From assembly GCA_900088475.1 (NCBI GenBank), contig FLMG01002277.1, forward strand, positions 1-57,582: a DNA stretch of 57,582 nt, read 5' to 3'. Under the pieces are notes generated by a model, which had not been told where the DNA came from, searched no databases, and saw nothing but the letters and a program-made list of their open reading frames with translations. Positions 12,283 to 26,825 of the stretch are shown piece by piece (position 1 is the stretch's first letter; the number at the start of each line of letters is the position of its first letter). The stretch is from Hyphochytrium catenoides (Eukaryota; Protista; Hyphochytriomycota). A program made the position numbers and the translations under genes.

Positions 12283-13093
12283 CACCGTGGACACGACTAA
12301 CTCTTAGCAATTGACGAGAACAAGATATCATATCGCTAGCAAGAAGCAGAGTGGCTTTTAAAGCCGAGCAGCAGTGGGACAGCGAGTGCAAGAAGAGGGG
12401 AAGGTGGCAGCCAATAAGCTTTAGAAATGCTACGCTGCCCCACCCTTGAAGTTTGAATGTACACTGACTGCCAGGTGGGTGTAGGCACGAAAGAGGTTGA
12501 GAGAACGAAAAGATAAGGATGCGAGAGCGCAGCGGTATCAGCGAGAAAAGAGACCCCGGTGCGGAATGGGCTGTAGTTGCTGTCCAGAGCGCACCGAGGT
12601 GATGTCTATGCCGCCCATAGAAAAGCGGTAAGCTATTCATACGTCTCTTCATCGTCCTTGTGTTTTCGTTAACCCACCCACTTCTCCTTTGGTTCCCTTG
12701 ATACTTCCACGCACTTGATTAGCATTCGAGAATATAAAAAGCAAAAAGAGGAGGAAGAGAGGGCGAGCAGAAGAGTCATTCCTTGGTATAAAAGAAAGCC
12801 AAACTCGCGGTAGCGGAGATCTCTTAGGAGGAAGCTTTCCGGCTCGTATAAAGGAGGTGTCTCTTCTCAAACTTCGGCCCTGAAGATACTAGTGGAGCAG
12901 CAGTTGTTTGCCATTATTCACGCCCTTTTTTGCTTAACTTTGCGGTCATTGGGTGGGGAAAACGGACAAAAAGAAGTGGGCAGGTAGTGACCGGCTTCCA
13001 CTTCAAGAAGAACATCAAGAGGCATCGAAAGTGCCTACAGAGCATAGGGCAAGAAGTTTGCCGGAACCCCTCGTGCACTTGAACAAAGAACAA

Positions 13094-16000
13094 CTAATAT
13101 TTGAGGCGGCTGGGAGCAGAAGAGGTGACAGCAGCATGGTGCTCGCGTGTAGGTACAGGAAGGATCGGACATAATAATAATGATTAGACGTTAGGAAAGA
13201 CACCTGCACTGTATGCACTGCCTTTACTGGTCTTCTTCTTGCTTTTTCCGGTCCCACTGTACGGCGAAGGAGCGGAGGACACAGGGTTCCCCTTGGCTTT
13301 TGCCGTCTTCTTTCCTGAAGTGGCAACTACCCATAGGTAGCGAATGAAAGTAGACAGCGTGTTAGGCATACCTTACTCTAATGAGAGACATGCATGGCGC
13401 TACTCTGTACCTTTCACTTCCTTGGTGAGTGCATCTATATCAGCATTGAGGGCTGCAAAGACTCGATCAAGGGAACGAGCAGAGTGAGGTGAAGGCAGGG
13501 ACAACGAGTCTGCGGCTTCAGCCGTTGCAGCTGTTGCCGATGCCCTAAGGGAGGAGCGGTAAATTCGGATGAGGATGGTCACACTCACTTTCCAGGTGCT
13601 CTGTGCTCCTTTGTCCCTCCATCTAGGTGTACGTAGCAGCTTGAACTCCATCCATACTCGTCCTACGCTGCTGTCATCGCCTTATCTATAGCCACGGGAG
13701 CCCAATCCGTTCTTTGGTGGGCAGCACATCCCGTAACCCCCTTGCTGTCGTTCTATCTTCTCTGAGTCTGATCCTGTGGGCTTACCTCGCGTTCTTTTTA
13801 TTTCCTGCCCTGTCTACTGAAGGCAATGACAGTTGTTTGCCGCTACTATCATCCACCTGCCACACAAAATCCGTGAGGTAACAGCACCGTGGTCTCAACT
13901 TCCAGGTCGGTCATGATAGCCTCTTCTTTGGATTACGTCTCTACCTCTTGATCTCCCTATTTATGCATGCGGTACGTACCTCTGGTCCAGCACTGCCCTG
14001 GCTTCGTGCGGAAGAAGGAAGAGGAGGAGGAGGAGATTGGCTTCCCTTAATACCTTCCCGTCCTCCGCCTTTACCTTTGCTAAGGGCCTCTGAGGCAGCC
14101 TGAATGGTAAGAATGCTGGTACTCCGTGTTCCCATATAATGCGGATCTTCCTGTATCGGAACGTGATGTTAGTGCTCACATGTGAGGAGCAACAGAGCAA
14201 TAACGGACCCCCAAGATAAGCTGAGAGAAGTCCAGGTAAAGCAGAGAGCAAAACCTCTTGACCAAGACGGTCCAAGTAGTAAGGAGCACTATGCTCCAAT
14301 GGACTGTCCCCCTACGGACTGTGCCCCTACGCAGTGACATTGAGGCAACTTGATAATAAAGAGTGTGACCTACATCCAAGAAAATCCTAACCAACGGCTC
14401 TTCCCTCTCCTTCTCCACTCTCTCTGTCCCTATTTCTGAAGCACCATCTATCTAACCTCTGAGTACTGACCTCATCAGGATACAGCTCACGCGGGCCAGG
14501 ACTATGGTTAAGGTAGACACCAAGATTATCTTTCGTCAGACAGGATTTGAGTGATAGCGACAGAAGAGCAAGAGACGACAGACTATATGCAGAAGGGTGG
14601 CGATGAGAGTAACAGAAATTCGTGGACGTGAGGCCCGCAGAAGAGAAGAATGGGCCATTATGCCTACAGTGCCCAACGTTAAACACTGAAAGCAGCTTGC
14701 CACAGGTGGATCAAGGGTAAAGTGAAGCATAACCGCAGGGACTTTACTGTCGAAGCAAGCTTCCCACGACAAACTCTCTAATAACGTTACCTAGGTTGCG
14801 GGTGCTTGGATTGTTGCTTAGAAGACGGAATACCCGCAATGTCCATGCCGATCTGAGCAGCGATCTGAGAGAGTGGCATCTCGAAGTCGTTCTCACCCCA
14901 TTCTCCTCCTAAAGCTCTCTTCTCTCCTTCTCTCTTTCCCTCTTCCCGAGTTTGCGCTTCTTCTCTATTTCTTTCGTGTGAAGACTGTTCAGTCTCAGGC
15001 GTTGCAGACGGAGGTCGAGATGGTTTGGAAGACTCTGAATCTCTCCGGTTGGAGGTTGCAAACTCTTCCTGATTACTGCTACGCGAAGAAAATGGAGCCA
15101 AGGGTTTCGCCCTGAAGAGCAAGTCCCCCGCTAAGTTCAGGGCACTCATCAAGAATGCAAAACAAAGTCAATAGAAGAAGAAAAGAGGAGGAACAACAAG
15201 GCGTGTCCAAGAGCAAAGCCGAAGGAAGACAGGGGAAAGTCTCATCTCCGATTTGGAGGAGTGATGTAAGGGCGAATGTGGGTCTAATATTTTCAAGCTT
15301 CATACTCTCCCAGAATACCTGGCTGTTTTTCTTCCCGTGAGTCTGCTAACATCAAAGGCTAAATCCTCCGTCTTGCCCACCTTCTCTCTCAACAAATGGC
15401 TCAGTTCCTGTAGGGAGAATAGATACTCAGAATGAGTTTCAACAGGAAGTTATCAACGTACATATCAATTAAGCTTAAGAGAACGAAAGGTAGAAGAGAG
15501 AACTAGGCTGATTAAGTTCAACTGGTGAAGAGTTGCGATACTTTCTCTTATTACCGTCTTTGTTGCCTCTGCCTCTACCCTGAGCTCATGCTCTGTCTCC
15601 AGAGCTCGCTGCAGCTCCTTTAGCTGAGTCTCAGCGTTTCTCTAGGATGGCATATGAGTCAAGAAATCGTTCGTTCTTTCCCTGCTCCCCATCTTCCTAG
15701 CCTTTCCCTATAACACCTTCTATCGTGCTTCCACTTGCTTTTATTTTCCTTTTATTTTTCTCTAATCCTCTTCATCTTCTCTTTCAGCCTATTGACTCTT
15801 AAGCCAACGCCCACCTAGAAAACATTTTGCCGCTTGTTACTTCCTTTACTTACCTCTGCCACCTGGACACTTGCTCTTAGTTCTGCTATAGTCGCATTGG
15901 CGGCTTGTTGGGTGGCTCTAAGCTCGGCTCTGAGCTTTTCTTCTTCTCTCTCCTTCTCCTCTTTCTCTCCCTCTATTCGCTGAAGCCTGTTTCTCAAAGA

Positions 16001-19000
16001 AGAAAGCTCCCTCCTGAGACTCTCTACCACAAGTGCTGAGTCTTCTTCGTCATGATTGGAGTTGGTAGATGTATTCGACTCCCCGTTCCTGTGGTGCTCA
16101 GGTGAGAGAGCAGCACCCATATGGATATCGAAAGGTACGATAGAATAGCGGAAAGGCAAGAAAGAGCGAGACAGGAAAGAGGAGGTTGAAGATGTTTGAG
16201 AGGACCAAAGGGAGAGTGCCGGCATGTGCCAACTGCGACAGTTAACTACCTTGGAGCACCTCGCTCTTGCAACCTTGCCAGCTCAGCAACTAGAGCAGCG
16301 TTCTTTTCTCTCAGGCTGGAAATATCACCCAGAAGCTGAAAAAGGATGATAAATGAAAGATGGTTAACGACCGAGTGAGCCCAGCCCACCAGGTACCGAC
16401 GAGAATGGGGCCAGAGGTGATCAAGAGCGGCATGGGGCACACACGTCAATAGAACCATTTAAGCAAGCGATAGCAAGGTTAGTATAGGCGTGGCTGGCCG
16501 CCATCATACCTGATCCTCAGTGGCCTTCCTATCCTGAACCAGGGATTCTCTCTTTCTTCTCTCTTCCTCCTTTTCTTCCTTGAGCACCTTGATCTCCTGC
16601 AATAAGAATGCCGTCTCTTTTTCTTTCGAGGACTTAAGCTCATGGTTTCCTCCTAGCTGTGCAGTTAGGACCTCAATCTCTCTTGTCTTGGAATCCAGGA
16701 GCTACGAAAATGAGTGAGGTACACGGCGATCAGAGATCAGAAAACTGAGCGGACGGCCCCTGAACACAAATTGGAGAAGATCTCGAGAGCAATTGCCAAG
16801 GGGAGGAAGCCAGGCTACTGGCCAACTTAGTTTAATCCCCGGAGCAAGATATCCGACATGGGAGAGGCAGGGGAATAAAGGTGGGGGCATAGGAGCACTA
16901 GTCCATACCGCAAAGCTCTTCTCGGCCTCTTCGTGCATCCTCTGGAGCTCGAGTCTTTGCCCTTCGGCTTCCTCTCTAAGTGCGGCTATGGTAGCTTTAT
17001 TCGCCTCACTTCGCTATCAGAGGCGGAAAGGCAGGTATGTGAGACGAAGTACAATGGTGATGTGACGGAAAACAAGAGGGTTTCAATCAAATTCATCAGT
17101 GTCATCCACATAGGTAGAGCAAGGAATGGAACTGCGCTAAATGCTAGAGCACAACGTACGCGAAGGAAAGATGCCTTCGCAATGCAAGCTGAGAATAGGA
17201 ATGAATGGGAGGAACCATACTTACCCGTTCCATTTCCTTCTCCAGCTGGCTTATCTGGACTCTGAAAAGGTCTCTTTCCTTGCCTGCTCTATCTCTCTCC
17301 CCTTTTCCTTTGTCCTCTGAGGCTTTCAGCTGAGCCCTAAGGTCTGCTATTGCCGACGACGACGAGCTCTGAAGAGTAGCTTGACGAGCTTGTGCCTCCT
17401 CGAGTGCGATACGAGATAGACGGAGCTCTTCCTTCAGCTTCTCAAGTTCCCTCTTTGTGCTCTCAAACTCTTCTTTCTTGGCTGTCAGACGTGAAACGAA
17501 CAGATAGGGGAAGAAAGTGTCATCCACACACGGAAATAAGAACATTGCCCGTGGCGAGGAACAGCAGAGCACTATATCGTCAGAAGGAGAGAAGTCCGAG
17601 GAAGATCGAATCCAATAGCATCACCCTTAGCTTTTCCTCTCAGATTGTCGCACAAAAAATTAGCATGAAGCTAGGATACCTCTCTCTCTCTCTATCTTAA
17701 TCTATGGGGTGTTCCCCTTCGTTGTTACGCTTCTCTTCGCACTCTCTAAGAAAGCTCCTCTTTTGTAATCTTACCCTCTCCTCCGGCTGCTTGCTCTCGT
17801 CTGAGCACCGCCAGCGCTCGGGTTGTCTCATTTAGTTCTCCTGTCGTTCTTTGCAACTGCTCCTCTAGCTGTTGGCTTCGCTGTTCTCTCCTTCTCAATT
17901 CCATTCTAACTCGGTCCATTTCACTTTCTAAGGAACATTTCAGTGCATCGAGCTCCTTGACCTGGGATTATGGTCGGCCATGAAGGACGATGATGAGAAG
18001 GCTTGAGAGAGATTACAAGCAATAACAGGCTTTGGCTCGAAATCAAGGGAGATTGGACACCGCGACATAGGGTAGAGAGATAAAGAAATCTCATGGAGGA
18101 AGGAAGTTGAGAGGTGGAGACAAAAGCAAAGGCCACAAAGACCTGAGCGAGAGCTTGGAACTTTTGTTCTTTGAGTGTCTCAAAATCTTTGAGAAGATTC
18201 TGTTGGTCCATCCTCTGCGCCTCTAGTGAAGCCTTAAGGCGCTCATTTTCCTGAGTAAAAGTGTTCACCGAACGGACAGCTTCCTCGAGATCCCTTGAGA
18301 GGCCAAAGAAGGCCATAAAGAGGAAGCGAACGACAGGGAGTGAAAGTAAAGGAGAGACCAGTAAAAAAAGAGTGAGGAGCATAAGAATTGCTGCTTAATA
18401 TTCAGGGATGGCGGACTTAGAATAGATTCAAGAGCAAGAATGAACACCTTCAGTGACTAGAGCAAGCGCGGGAAAGGCAAGGTTTTGAACTACCTGAGAG
18501 GGTGCAAGCGAGGCCAACCCAGAAGGAGTGAAAACAACACACAGATCATCAAGGTTTAGATGGAAGCAGAATGGCATTGCAGTAGAGAAAGGATCGAGGA
18601 TGAAGTGTCCACATCTAGAAAAGGTATAATAGTGGCAGAAAAAAACAGTGTGCCGCACAGCACCGGGTGCACGCTTCAGAAGAAAGGAAGAAAAGCGACG
18701 TGATACTTACCTCCGGAGCTTGGTGCTGCTGCTAGTGCTGCTGCCCTTCACGCTTTCTAGCTCTGTTCTTAGGTTAACCACCATAGATGCGGCCTCCTCG
18801 AGCTGAAAACGACGATCCAGTTGCAGTTAGAGACAAACAGCGAACGCCACCCGTGAAGCAAGTCACACAGAGGACATCGAACAGGTTCCACAAGGTACGA
18901 CTTATCTTCTTACAGAGGAAGAGCGACAGATACTGACAAGAGAATAGGGGATTTGCATAGTGTGGTAAGAGTAGTACATAAGACAAAGGTTGACCTTCGC

Positions 19001-22000
19001 CTTCTTTTCTTGAAAGCTCTTGGTAAGCGTTAGGTTTTCTTCCTTCTGATACGCTAGCTGCGCTGTTAGACTCTGGACCTGCTCATGCAACGTCTTCACC
19101 TGTAAGAAGGGGTCGCAACGTCATCGAGAGTGAAGGTAAGACGGTCGCTGCTGGTAGGTAACTTGGTACATACAATCTTAGGGAAATGGGCTGTCAGTGT
19201 GACCTTAGATTACAGCTAGACTGACAAGAGGATGAGAGGTCAAAGTTTACCCTCAAGCCAGGACCATTTCTCTAGTCATGAAATAGAGAATTGAAGGAAA
19301 AAACGGCTTTTGGCATCACTTACTTCTGCTCCTAGCGTGCCGGTAGCCCTTTTAAGCTCTTCCTGCAGTCTCTTAACTTCCTCTTGCAAAGAGGCACAAG
19401 CCGAGCGGGAGTCCGAGAGCTGTTGGGAGCTCTGTTCCTGAACATACAACATATAGGGGTTAGACATATGTCAGAACCAACTCCGTTGTCGACAATTTGT
19501 AGAGCGACCAGGCGTATCAAGAAAGACGGAACGGGTACAGAAAAGGATCAGAGGAGAAAGATAGCAAAGAGAGCGTCAGGTTCAGTTGACAACGTCTCAT
19601 AAACAGTTCATCGAGGCAGCTTTCGTGGTAGAGGAAGGACAGGACAAAGTGTTCCATTGAGCTAGTGTACTGTGCCGAACACGAGATGCAAATGAGATAG
19701 CGGAAGCACAAGGAGGCAAACCTTGAGCTTCTGCAAATCGATCTGCAGTTTACTTTTCTCTTCTTCTGCAGCTTCAAGTTTTCTACTAGCTGTCAACTTC
19801 GCTTGAACCTCCGCCTCTATCCGCCCATCACTCTGAGCGATGAAAGTGAGGTGAGAGATGTGAGCGAATGAGCACAACTCCAACTATCATTAATCTAGGG
19901 TGGAAAAGACGGCCACTGATGGCATTGATGAAATAACAAGGAAGTATGAGAATGGAAAAACTGACAACTATGGCGACAGTGGAGCAGAGTCGTGGGGTAA
20001 AAGTAGCGCAACGCGGCAGTGCGAGAGACGAAGCCACCGGGATGGAAAACTCTAAAGATGCAACTTGTGTGGTCCCATCAAAACATTGGAGGTAGAAAAG
20101 CAAGAACGAGCAGAAGCTATTTGCGATCATATCAGTGGTAAGAAGATGTAAGGTGACTGATGTCGTTGGCAAGAGGGTAGACAAGCGGGGGCATCCTAGT
20201 ATCGAGCATGGAGAGGGCCACGGCAACGGAGATGGAGCCACCTCTTTCTTTTCCTTCAGCAAGTTTCCGATGTCTCTATTGAGAGTATCTGCCTCCTGAA
20301 GTAGCTCCCTCTTCTCGTCCTCTAGGGCGACGACCCTGTTCTTGTGAGTCTCCACGAGCTTCTTCAGCCTGTCTTGCTCCGCAAGAGAGAGCCTGATCAC
20401 ACAAGAGGTAAGTGAAGAATGTGAGGAGAAATCAGTAAGAGACTCTTTCAAGCAAATTATAAGCCTGCTCAATCTTAGAATTCCTACTACGCTCTTACGT
20501 CCTGTCTTCCTCCCGAAGTGGGGGGGCTCACGTGATACTACTGTTTTGTTGACCGTGTTCCACCTTTTCCCCTGCCTTCTAGCTTCTCTATATCGAGCTC
20601 TCCTTCAGACCCCTCTAACTTACTTGTTAAGGGCCTCTAGATCATTTTTCAGCTCCGTGATAGCTTTAGAGGATCTAGCCTTTTCTTTTTCCTCCTCCTG
20701 CTGCGTCTCCTGCAGTGACTTGATCAGCAAGTTCTTCTCGTTCTCTGTCTCCTGCAGCGTTTCCTGATTGACAGTGAGCAAAAAGACAGGTGAGGTTCTC
20801 GATTGACGAGCAAGGGAGCAGAGGAGAGTGACAGAAAGGATCGGCGTGGGTCAACAAGAGGGACGTATAGCTGAGGGCCAGAGAAAGGGGCTAGTGAACT
20901 TTCGGTAATTTAGGATAGCCCAACCCGTCTTCTGAGGATTGTCTCTGTTACTTCCTTCTCCTATCAAATATCTGATAATCAACTTGTGGGACGATTCTCT
21001 TTCCCTTTGCTCTTTACCGTTAAGCCTCTCAGCTGCTCTTGGGCTTGCTCAAGCTCAGACTGCAATCTGTCTTCGGAAACGTTGAGACGGCTCTGCCACG
21101 AGCAGCAAAAGTGAGTCGTCAAAATGAGGGAAGAGTCATGACTCGGGAATATCATCAGGCAATATCCAAACAGTAGGGAGACTTGAGACGCCTAACAATT
21201 CAATAGACGCCGTATATGCTCCTTGTAGCCCCTTACCTTAAGTATTTGTGCCTCTTCAGCCGCCTTAATCAGTTCTCTCTTGGTCTGGTCGAGCTCAGAG
21301 ATAGCGCTGACAGGTAGGCGAGAAAAAAGCTTATCAGTTGACACCAAGCGACAGGGAGACGGAGCGAATGGATCGAAGAACTAGCGAAGCAGTACAAAAT
21401 GTATGGAAGAAGCACCCATAGTAGCAACCTAGGTATTAGTGCCGCAATGGATCTCCCGGAGCAAGACGTCACAATAGAAGCTTAACTATGGAAGACAGAA
21501 CAGACGGAGAACAGGTGTTTCGCAGATGTAGGCCGAGAGAATGGTGGCGAGGATAAGGTTACAATCTAGACGGACAGAGAGTCCTCGTACTTGTTCAGTG
21601 TTTGGGTTTCGTCGCCTTCATTACACCGTAGGAGGTTTCTCAGTACTTCCACTTTCTGAGAGAGAGATGTCTTCTCATCCTTTAGCAGCTTATTGCTTCC
21701 GGTAAGAGCATGCAGTCGTTCACTGAGGTCTTCCACTTTCTCTTTCTCGGCTAACTTGTCTTTTTCTACAGAGGAACCAAAGTGGATAACATGCAATGTA
21801 AGGCGTGCAAACGCACCTAGAAGGAAGACTGACCATAAATTAGGCAAGTGCAACCAAAGCCAGGCTCAAGAGAGGAGAAGAAACTAGACGCAAAAAAGGG
21901 AGAGGCAGATCAGGTGAGAAGCAGGAATCAAATTACCTGTCTGCTGGAGTTGGGCCCTCAGCGAGGTAAGCTCCCCTTGGCATGCTAATAGCTCCTGAGC

Positions 22001-24770
22001 TGTTACCGCAAGAAGGGTTAGGTGCCTATCTTCTCATAATCTCGCGTCTTGCCTAAGTTCAATCTCATACATCTCCTCACTGACGTTTGAGCAGCTCGTC
22101 ATATGACTGTCCAAGATCTTCTTTGCTCTGTCATATCTGAGCTGTAGGTTCGCGGCTTCCTAGTGCAAGCGCAACCTGATTCTCTCTCTCTCTCTCTTTG
22201 ACCTGCCGCCCTTCTCGGCCCCATAATCGTATCCTCTACTATCGGTTCCTGTTCTCTCACCTTGCTTGGCGACAGAAGTCTTAAGGCTGGTCTGTTCCTC
22301 CTGGAGGCCCTTTTTATCTGCCTCCAATCGGTCCAGCTGGTTGGAGAGGGACTAGAGGGACACGGACAGAGGATGCACCCGGTTTGGTATAGGCAATAGT
22401 GAGAGAAAGAGGGTAGGCACCGTATGTCGCAGAAGTTAGCATGTGGTAGAGTATTCCTTAGAAAGAAGTAACGCATCCACCTTTGTCTGCTCTTTCTCTG
22501 TCGCCAGTCTGACTTGGAGACTTAGGTTCTCTCCCTGAAGTTCTTCCGCCTTCTTTAGAGCGGCTGAAACGGTTTCATTGGAAGAGCTCTTGGATTCTGA
22601 TAACAGCAGGGAAGTGCGGTTTAACTGCAGTGCAAAGACAAAAGTCGGGTTAGATACTGACGTTTAATTAAATATTAGTAGTGACAGGTGTCCGTGGAAT
22701 ATGAGCTTAGCCTGCAGGGCTTTAGCCGCCGTCTAAGAGAGAAGAATATCCCGGACCAAGTGATTGATTGAACGCTAACCTGCTCTTGAAGCAGCTGGAT
22801 AGTCTGCTGCTGGTGCGCTAACGTCAAATCGTGGGACTCTCTTAGCTTTTGCTCGCCCTCTTGGTATCGCCGAAGCTCCCCCGTGAGAAGCCCAACCTGC
22901 TGCTCCTTTGCTTGCAGTTCCTATGGACGCCATTACGTGAGAGAGACAGAATAGGCAGATCGATATTTGACAAGTGAGCCAAGATGCAAGCCGGACAGAC
23001 CAAGAAGAGAAGTATTGAAAGACCATACCCCTTTTGCTTGCTTGCATTCCTCAGTAATATTCCAAAAGTGCCGATTCATTTCGCTTTTTTCCTTCTCCAT
23101 TGCTGCTATCGCATCGTTTAGTTTCTGCAGAGTCTGCCGGTGTTCGGCTGCCTCCGAGTTTGAGGAAGTGGTCACCTTGATGACCTCAGCGTTCAACGCC
23201 TGCCCCGAAGCAATAAGAGACGTAACGTAAGAGATAGGATTTTGGGCCCAGGAACAGACATCTTGCCAACCCCCTCTTGCTTGTCATTCGGAAGGCTATC
23301 CCATTCCTCCCTCCCACGTGTGATCCCTGTCCACTTAGTCCTCCCTTTGCTATGCAGCCACTTCGCTAGTCTGTCCTTAGAGATCCGTTTTCCTCTTCTT
23401 GACACCTTCATCCAACATCTAAAGGATTGCCCGGATCTGCTTTTCTCTCTCTCTCCATTGGCCCTCGCACACCCTCATTATCAAACTTCAGCACGTCTAC
23501 TGCCCCGCGACCAAGACCTGGTTTGTGCTTTTTAGCTGCTGGAGTTCAGCCGAAAGACTTTGTATCTGATCACTTTTCTTGGAGGACAGCAACTCTAGCT
23601 CTGCTGCTTGCTTCTGCAGCTGGTTCGCTAGTTCTTGTTGCGCCGCAATCTTTGCATTTAGTTCGTTGGATAGCAACCCCTTCTCTTCTCTTTCTGACGC
23701 AACAGCTTCGTTGAGCTGCTGCATGGCACTGCGCATATCTGCAATCTCGCTCCGGAGTGTATCAGTGATCGTGCCATAAGTCTCCTATAGAAGCAAAGGC
23801 GAAGGGTCGTGTAAGAGGAAGGCTCAGAAGAACAAGTCGAAGCTTTCTAGCGAAGAATAGGTTGTATCACGTAAGGGAACAGACGATACTAAGGTCAACG
23901 AAGATAGCAGGCGTTTTTCTTGGTTCTCCGTCTTCCGTCTTTCGTTCTTCTCTTTCCGTTTTTCCCCTTTCTAATATTTCTCACCGTCTTCTCTTTCAGC
24001 TCCTGCTGTAGGCCGGCAACCTCTTTCCTGCTTGCCTCTAGTTCTTCCAGCTTTTGTTTCCAAGTCTCCATCGAGGGCATGCCCTGAGAGTTTGCAACTT
24101 AGAGGAGAGGCATCGGATAGACTGAAGAATGAAGAAGATGAAGTATGTGTATATAGACAGAAGGAGATTAGGAGCGAGGAAGAGGCGGGTTTAGGAATAG
24201 TCTGGCCAGCGACATGAGCAGCAAGGTGTACGGCAAAGGTTGTTTCAAAAGAGAAGAGAGACCTGGAAAAGTGGAGCAAGATAAGAGGCACATGAAAGGC
24301 TAAACAAAGAGTGTGATGGGGTCGACAGACCTCCGTGTTGAGCATTGTTAGCATATTCCCAAGCTGGGAAAAGATCATCTCCTTCTTCTGCAGTTGCTGC
24401 AGTAGCTGGTCATGGGTTGGGTCGGAGACTGCCGCAGTTGCTGGGCGGACTGACCGGAAGGAAGCACGCCGAGAATAGGCAGAGTAAGCGTGAAGAATTA
24501 CCTCAGAAAAGAAAGCGCTAAGCTCACCTCCAGCTTGTTCCTCCACATTGGCACCGGTGTCTGCAGAGGCCGCAGATGGAGGAGGCGAATATATCATGGA
24601 ATCGGTGGTGCCTGGTGACCGCTATTCAATGTGTTAGAAGTGCTGAGTTCCAAGATTATAAAGAGCCTCTATACCTGCTCAACAGCTTTTTGTGGAACAG
24701 GAAGAGATGGTGCTTTTTGCATGTTGGCGGCTTTGCCTGGAGTGCTCCTCTTCTTAAGTACAGCCTTCAT
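13094..24770 (-). CDS. Very long coiled-coil protein (myosin-tail/golgin/centrosomal-like), >25 exons, with a low-complexity C-terminus; both ends tentative
   Basis: Many short GT-AG exons with E/K/L/Q heptads, e.g. LRRELSSLRNRLQRIEGEKEE, KRELEKLKEELRLSRIALEEAQ, LQKQAAELELLSSKK. Probable start MKAVLKKRSTPGK at 24770. No catalytic domain seen. Confidence 0.7.
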
Positions 24771-25391
24771 GGTGCTTCGTCAGGCAAGACCTAGCACTCT
24801 CGTCTTGACGAAGTAACAGAAGTAAGCCATAAGGGCTCATAGGCCATCAAAGGCAGAGATCCATTTTTATATGCTATTGTATAGTAGTCGCGAGTTCTCG
24901 CGGGTGCTACGGAGAGCAATCAGCAAAGGCTCCGTATCGGGACCATTTTAATGAAGCTCATCGGGGTTCTGACGAAGCTCAACTCGCGCTGTTTCCGATG
25001 CTCAGGCTATTCCATGCAGGACGTTACATGGGATATCAGTAACTCATCCGCTTGGTTATATGTTTGATTACTGAATCAGAATTGATTCCTTGATACACTA
25101 CGAGTACTTGTTAGGTGGGAGACTTGGCAGCTGAGCCTGCGGGAGGGGAACTGAAAGATCTGTTCCGAAGCTCCAAAAGCGAAACTCTCTCTGATTCCAA
25201 GCACAATGAGGTTCTGATCAGAATGCGGTACGAACGGCGACCCAGCTGTCACGGCTACGCATTGTTGTTGTTGAGCTTCACTGCGGCTCTAGATGTATAA
25301 ACTCCCACCACTCTTTCAAGGAGCTATCAACGGGAGTATTACCACATACGCTCAAGTCAGATAGCGTGATCTCTACGTAATAGACTGAATT

Positions 25392-26825
25392 ATGGCAGTG
25401 AGAGCTGTTACTCAGCAGCTTGCCCAGCTACGGAAGGGCTTCACCTTCAACCAGACAATGATCCGTGTGAAGGACCCCAAGAAGTCGCTGAATTTCTATC
25501 AGAAGTACTTTGACATGAAGCTTATTGATCATCGGGACTTCTCGGATTTCTCTCTGTACTTCCTAATCACCGCCCCTGAAGGACATAAGATTCCGGAAGT
25601 GGGAACGCCAGAGGCGATGGAATATTTGAAGTTGGGCGCTTACGGCTGCTGTTTAGAACTCACGCATAATCATGGGACAGAGTCGGATCCTGCTTTTTCT
25701 TATCATAATGGCAACACTGAGCCTAGAGGTAGGGCTGCCTATATAGTCGAGGTCATACTCTGCTTAAAAGCGAACCTCATCAGAAATCTTGTTGCCGCAG
25801 AATATGTGTTGACTTAGTTTTTTACGTCAGGGTTTGGCCACGTGGCCTTTCTTGTGGATAATCTGCATAGCACCTGCGAAGACATGATTAAGGACGGCAT
25901 AACTTTCAAGAAGAAGCCTGAAGATGGCAAGATGAAGAATATCGCGTTTGCCCTGGACCCAGATGGGTAAGCTAGGAGAGAGAAGAGTTGTCTTTGTCCG
26001 ATCGAATCAAGTCCTCCCCCTTGCCCCACTCTTCCTTCCCTCTGTATCTTACCTCGATGCCTGATCATAGATATTGGGTGGAGCTGATTGCCAGATCTGG
26101 GTCGGCGCCGCTCAAAGGACGACCAACGTACAATCACACGATGCTTCGAGTGAGAGATGCGACGGCGAGTTTGGTAAGTCCTTTGAATGGCACAAGTACA
26201 CGCCCACAATCTTCATTATGCCCTTCTTATACTCTCTCCGGGCCTCTCGCTATACCAAGACGAACGTCATTTTCGTCATTTTCATGTTCTTACTAGCTCT
26301 TTCTAAGCCCTTTCCCATGATTAGACAAAGGGCCGCCGCTCTTACTAACGCGATGCATTGCTGTTGTATGATGAACAATGCTAGAATTTCTATCAGTCTG
26401 TCTGCGGGTTCACGCATGTCGACACGCTTGACTTCCCAGAAGATAAGTTCTCGCTTTACTTCTTGGGTACCGTCCCGGAAGACATAAAGGCCACCCTTCC
26501 AACTCCGGGGTCTCAAGAGGCTCACGAATTTATCTTCGGATACCCAGGCCAGCTCCTAGAGCTTACCCATAATCATGGGACTGAGAGTGATGCGTCTTTC
26601 CAAGGCTATCACAGTGGTAATACTGACCCAAGAGGCTTCGGACATATTGCCATTATGGTGGATGATGTGTATGAAGCAAGTAAGGCGATGGATGAGAGCG
26701 GCGTGCAATTTCAAAAGAAGCCTGACGAAGGAAGAATGAAGGGCTTGGCCTTTATTAAAGATCCGGATGGCTATTGGGTTGAGATTGTGAAGAGGGGACT
26801 AAAGGAGAAGACTGCGGACTTCTAG
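25392..26825 (+). CDS. GLO1: Lactoylglutathione lyase (glyoxalase I), two-domain monomeric type, 4 exons
   Basis: FNQTMIRVKDPKKSLNFY..LELTHNHGTESD..NGNTEPR|GFGHVAF..KKPEDGKMKNIAFALDPDG|YWVE. The second domain repeats this: YNHTMLRVRD..LELTHNHGTESD..GFGHIAI..KKPDEGRMKGLAFIKDPDGYWVEI. Confidence 0.96.

Noticed and set aside
12047-12652. 201-aa minus-strand ORF
   Set aside because: No recognisable motif; it overlaps antisense to the likely last exon/3' region of the Tudor-like gene.
25392-26825. Glyoxalase-fold gene next to arsH as a possible ArsI C-As lyase in an ars cluster
   Set aside because: Its motifs (QTMIRVKDP, LELTHNHGTE, KKPxxGxMK) are those of canonical glyoxalase I, and no arsB/ACR3/arsC/arsM is present.
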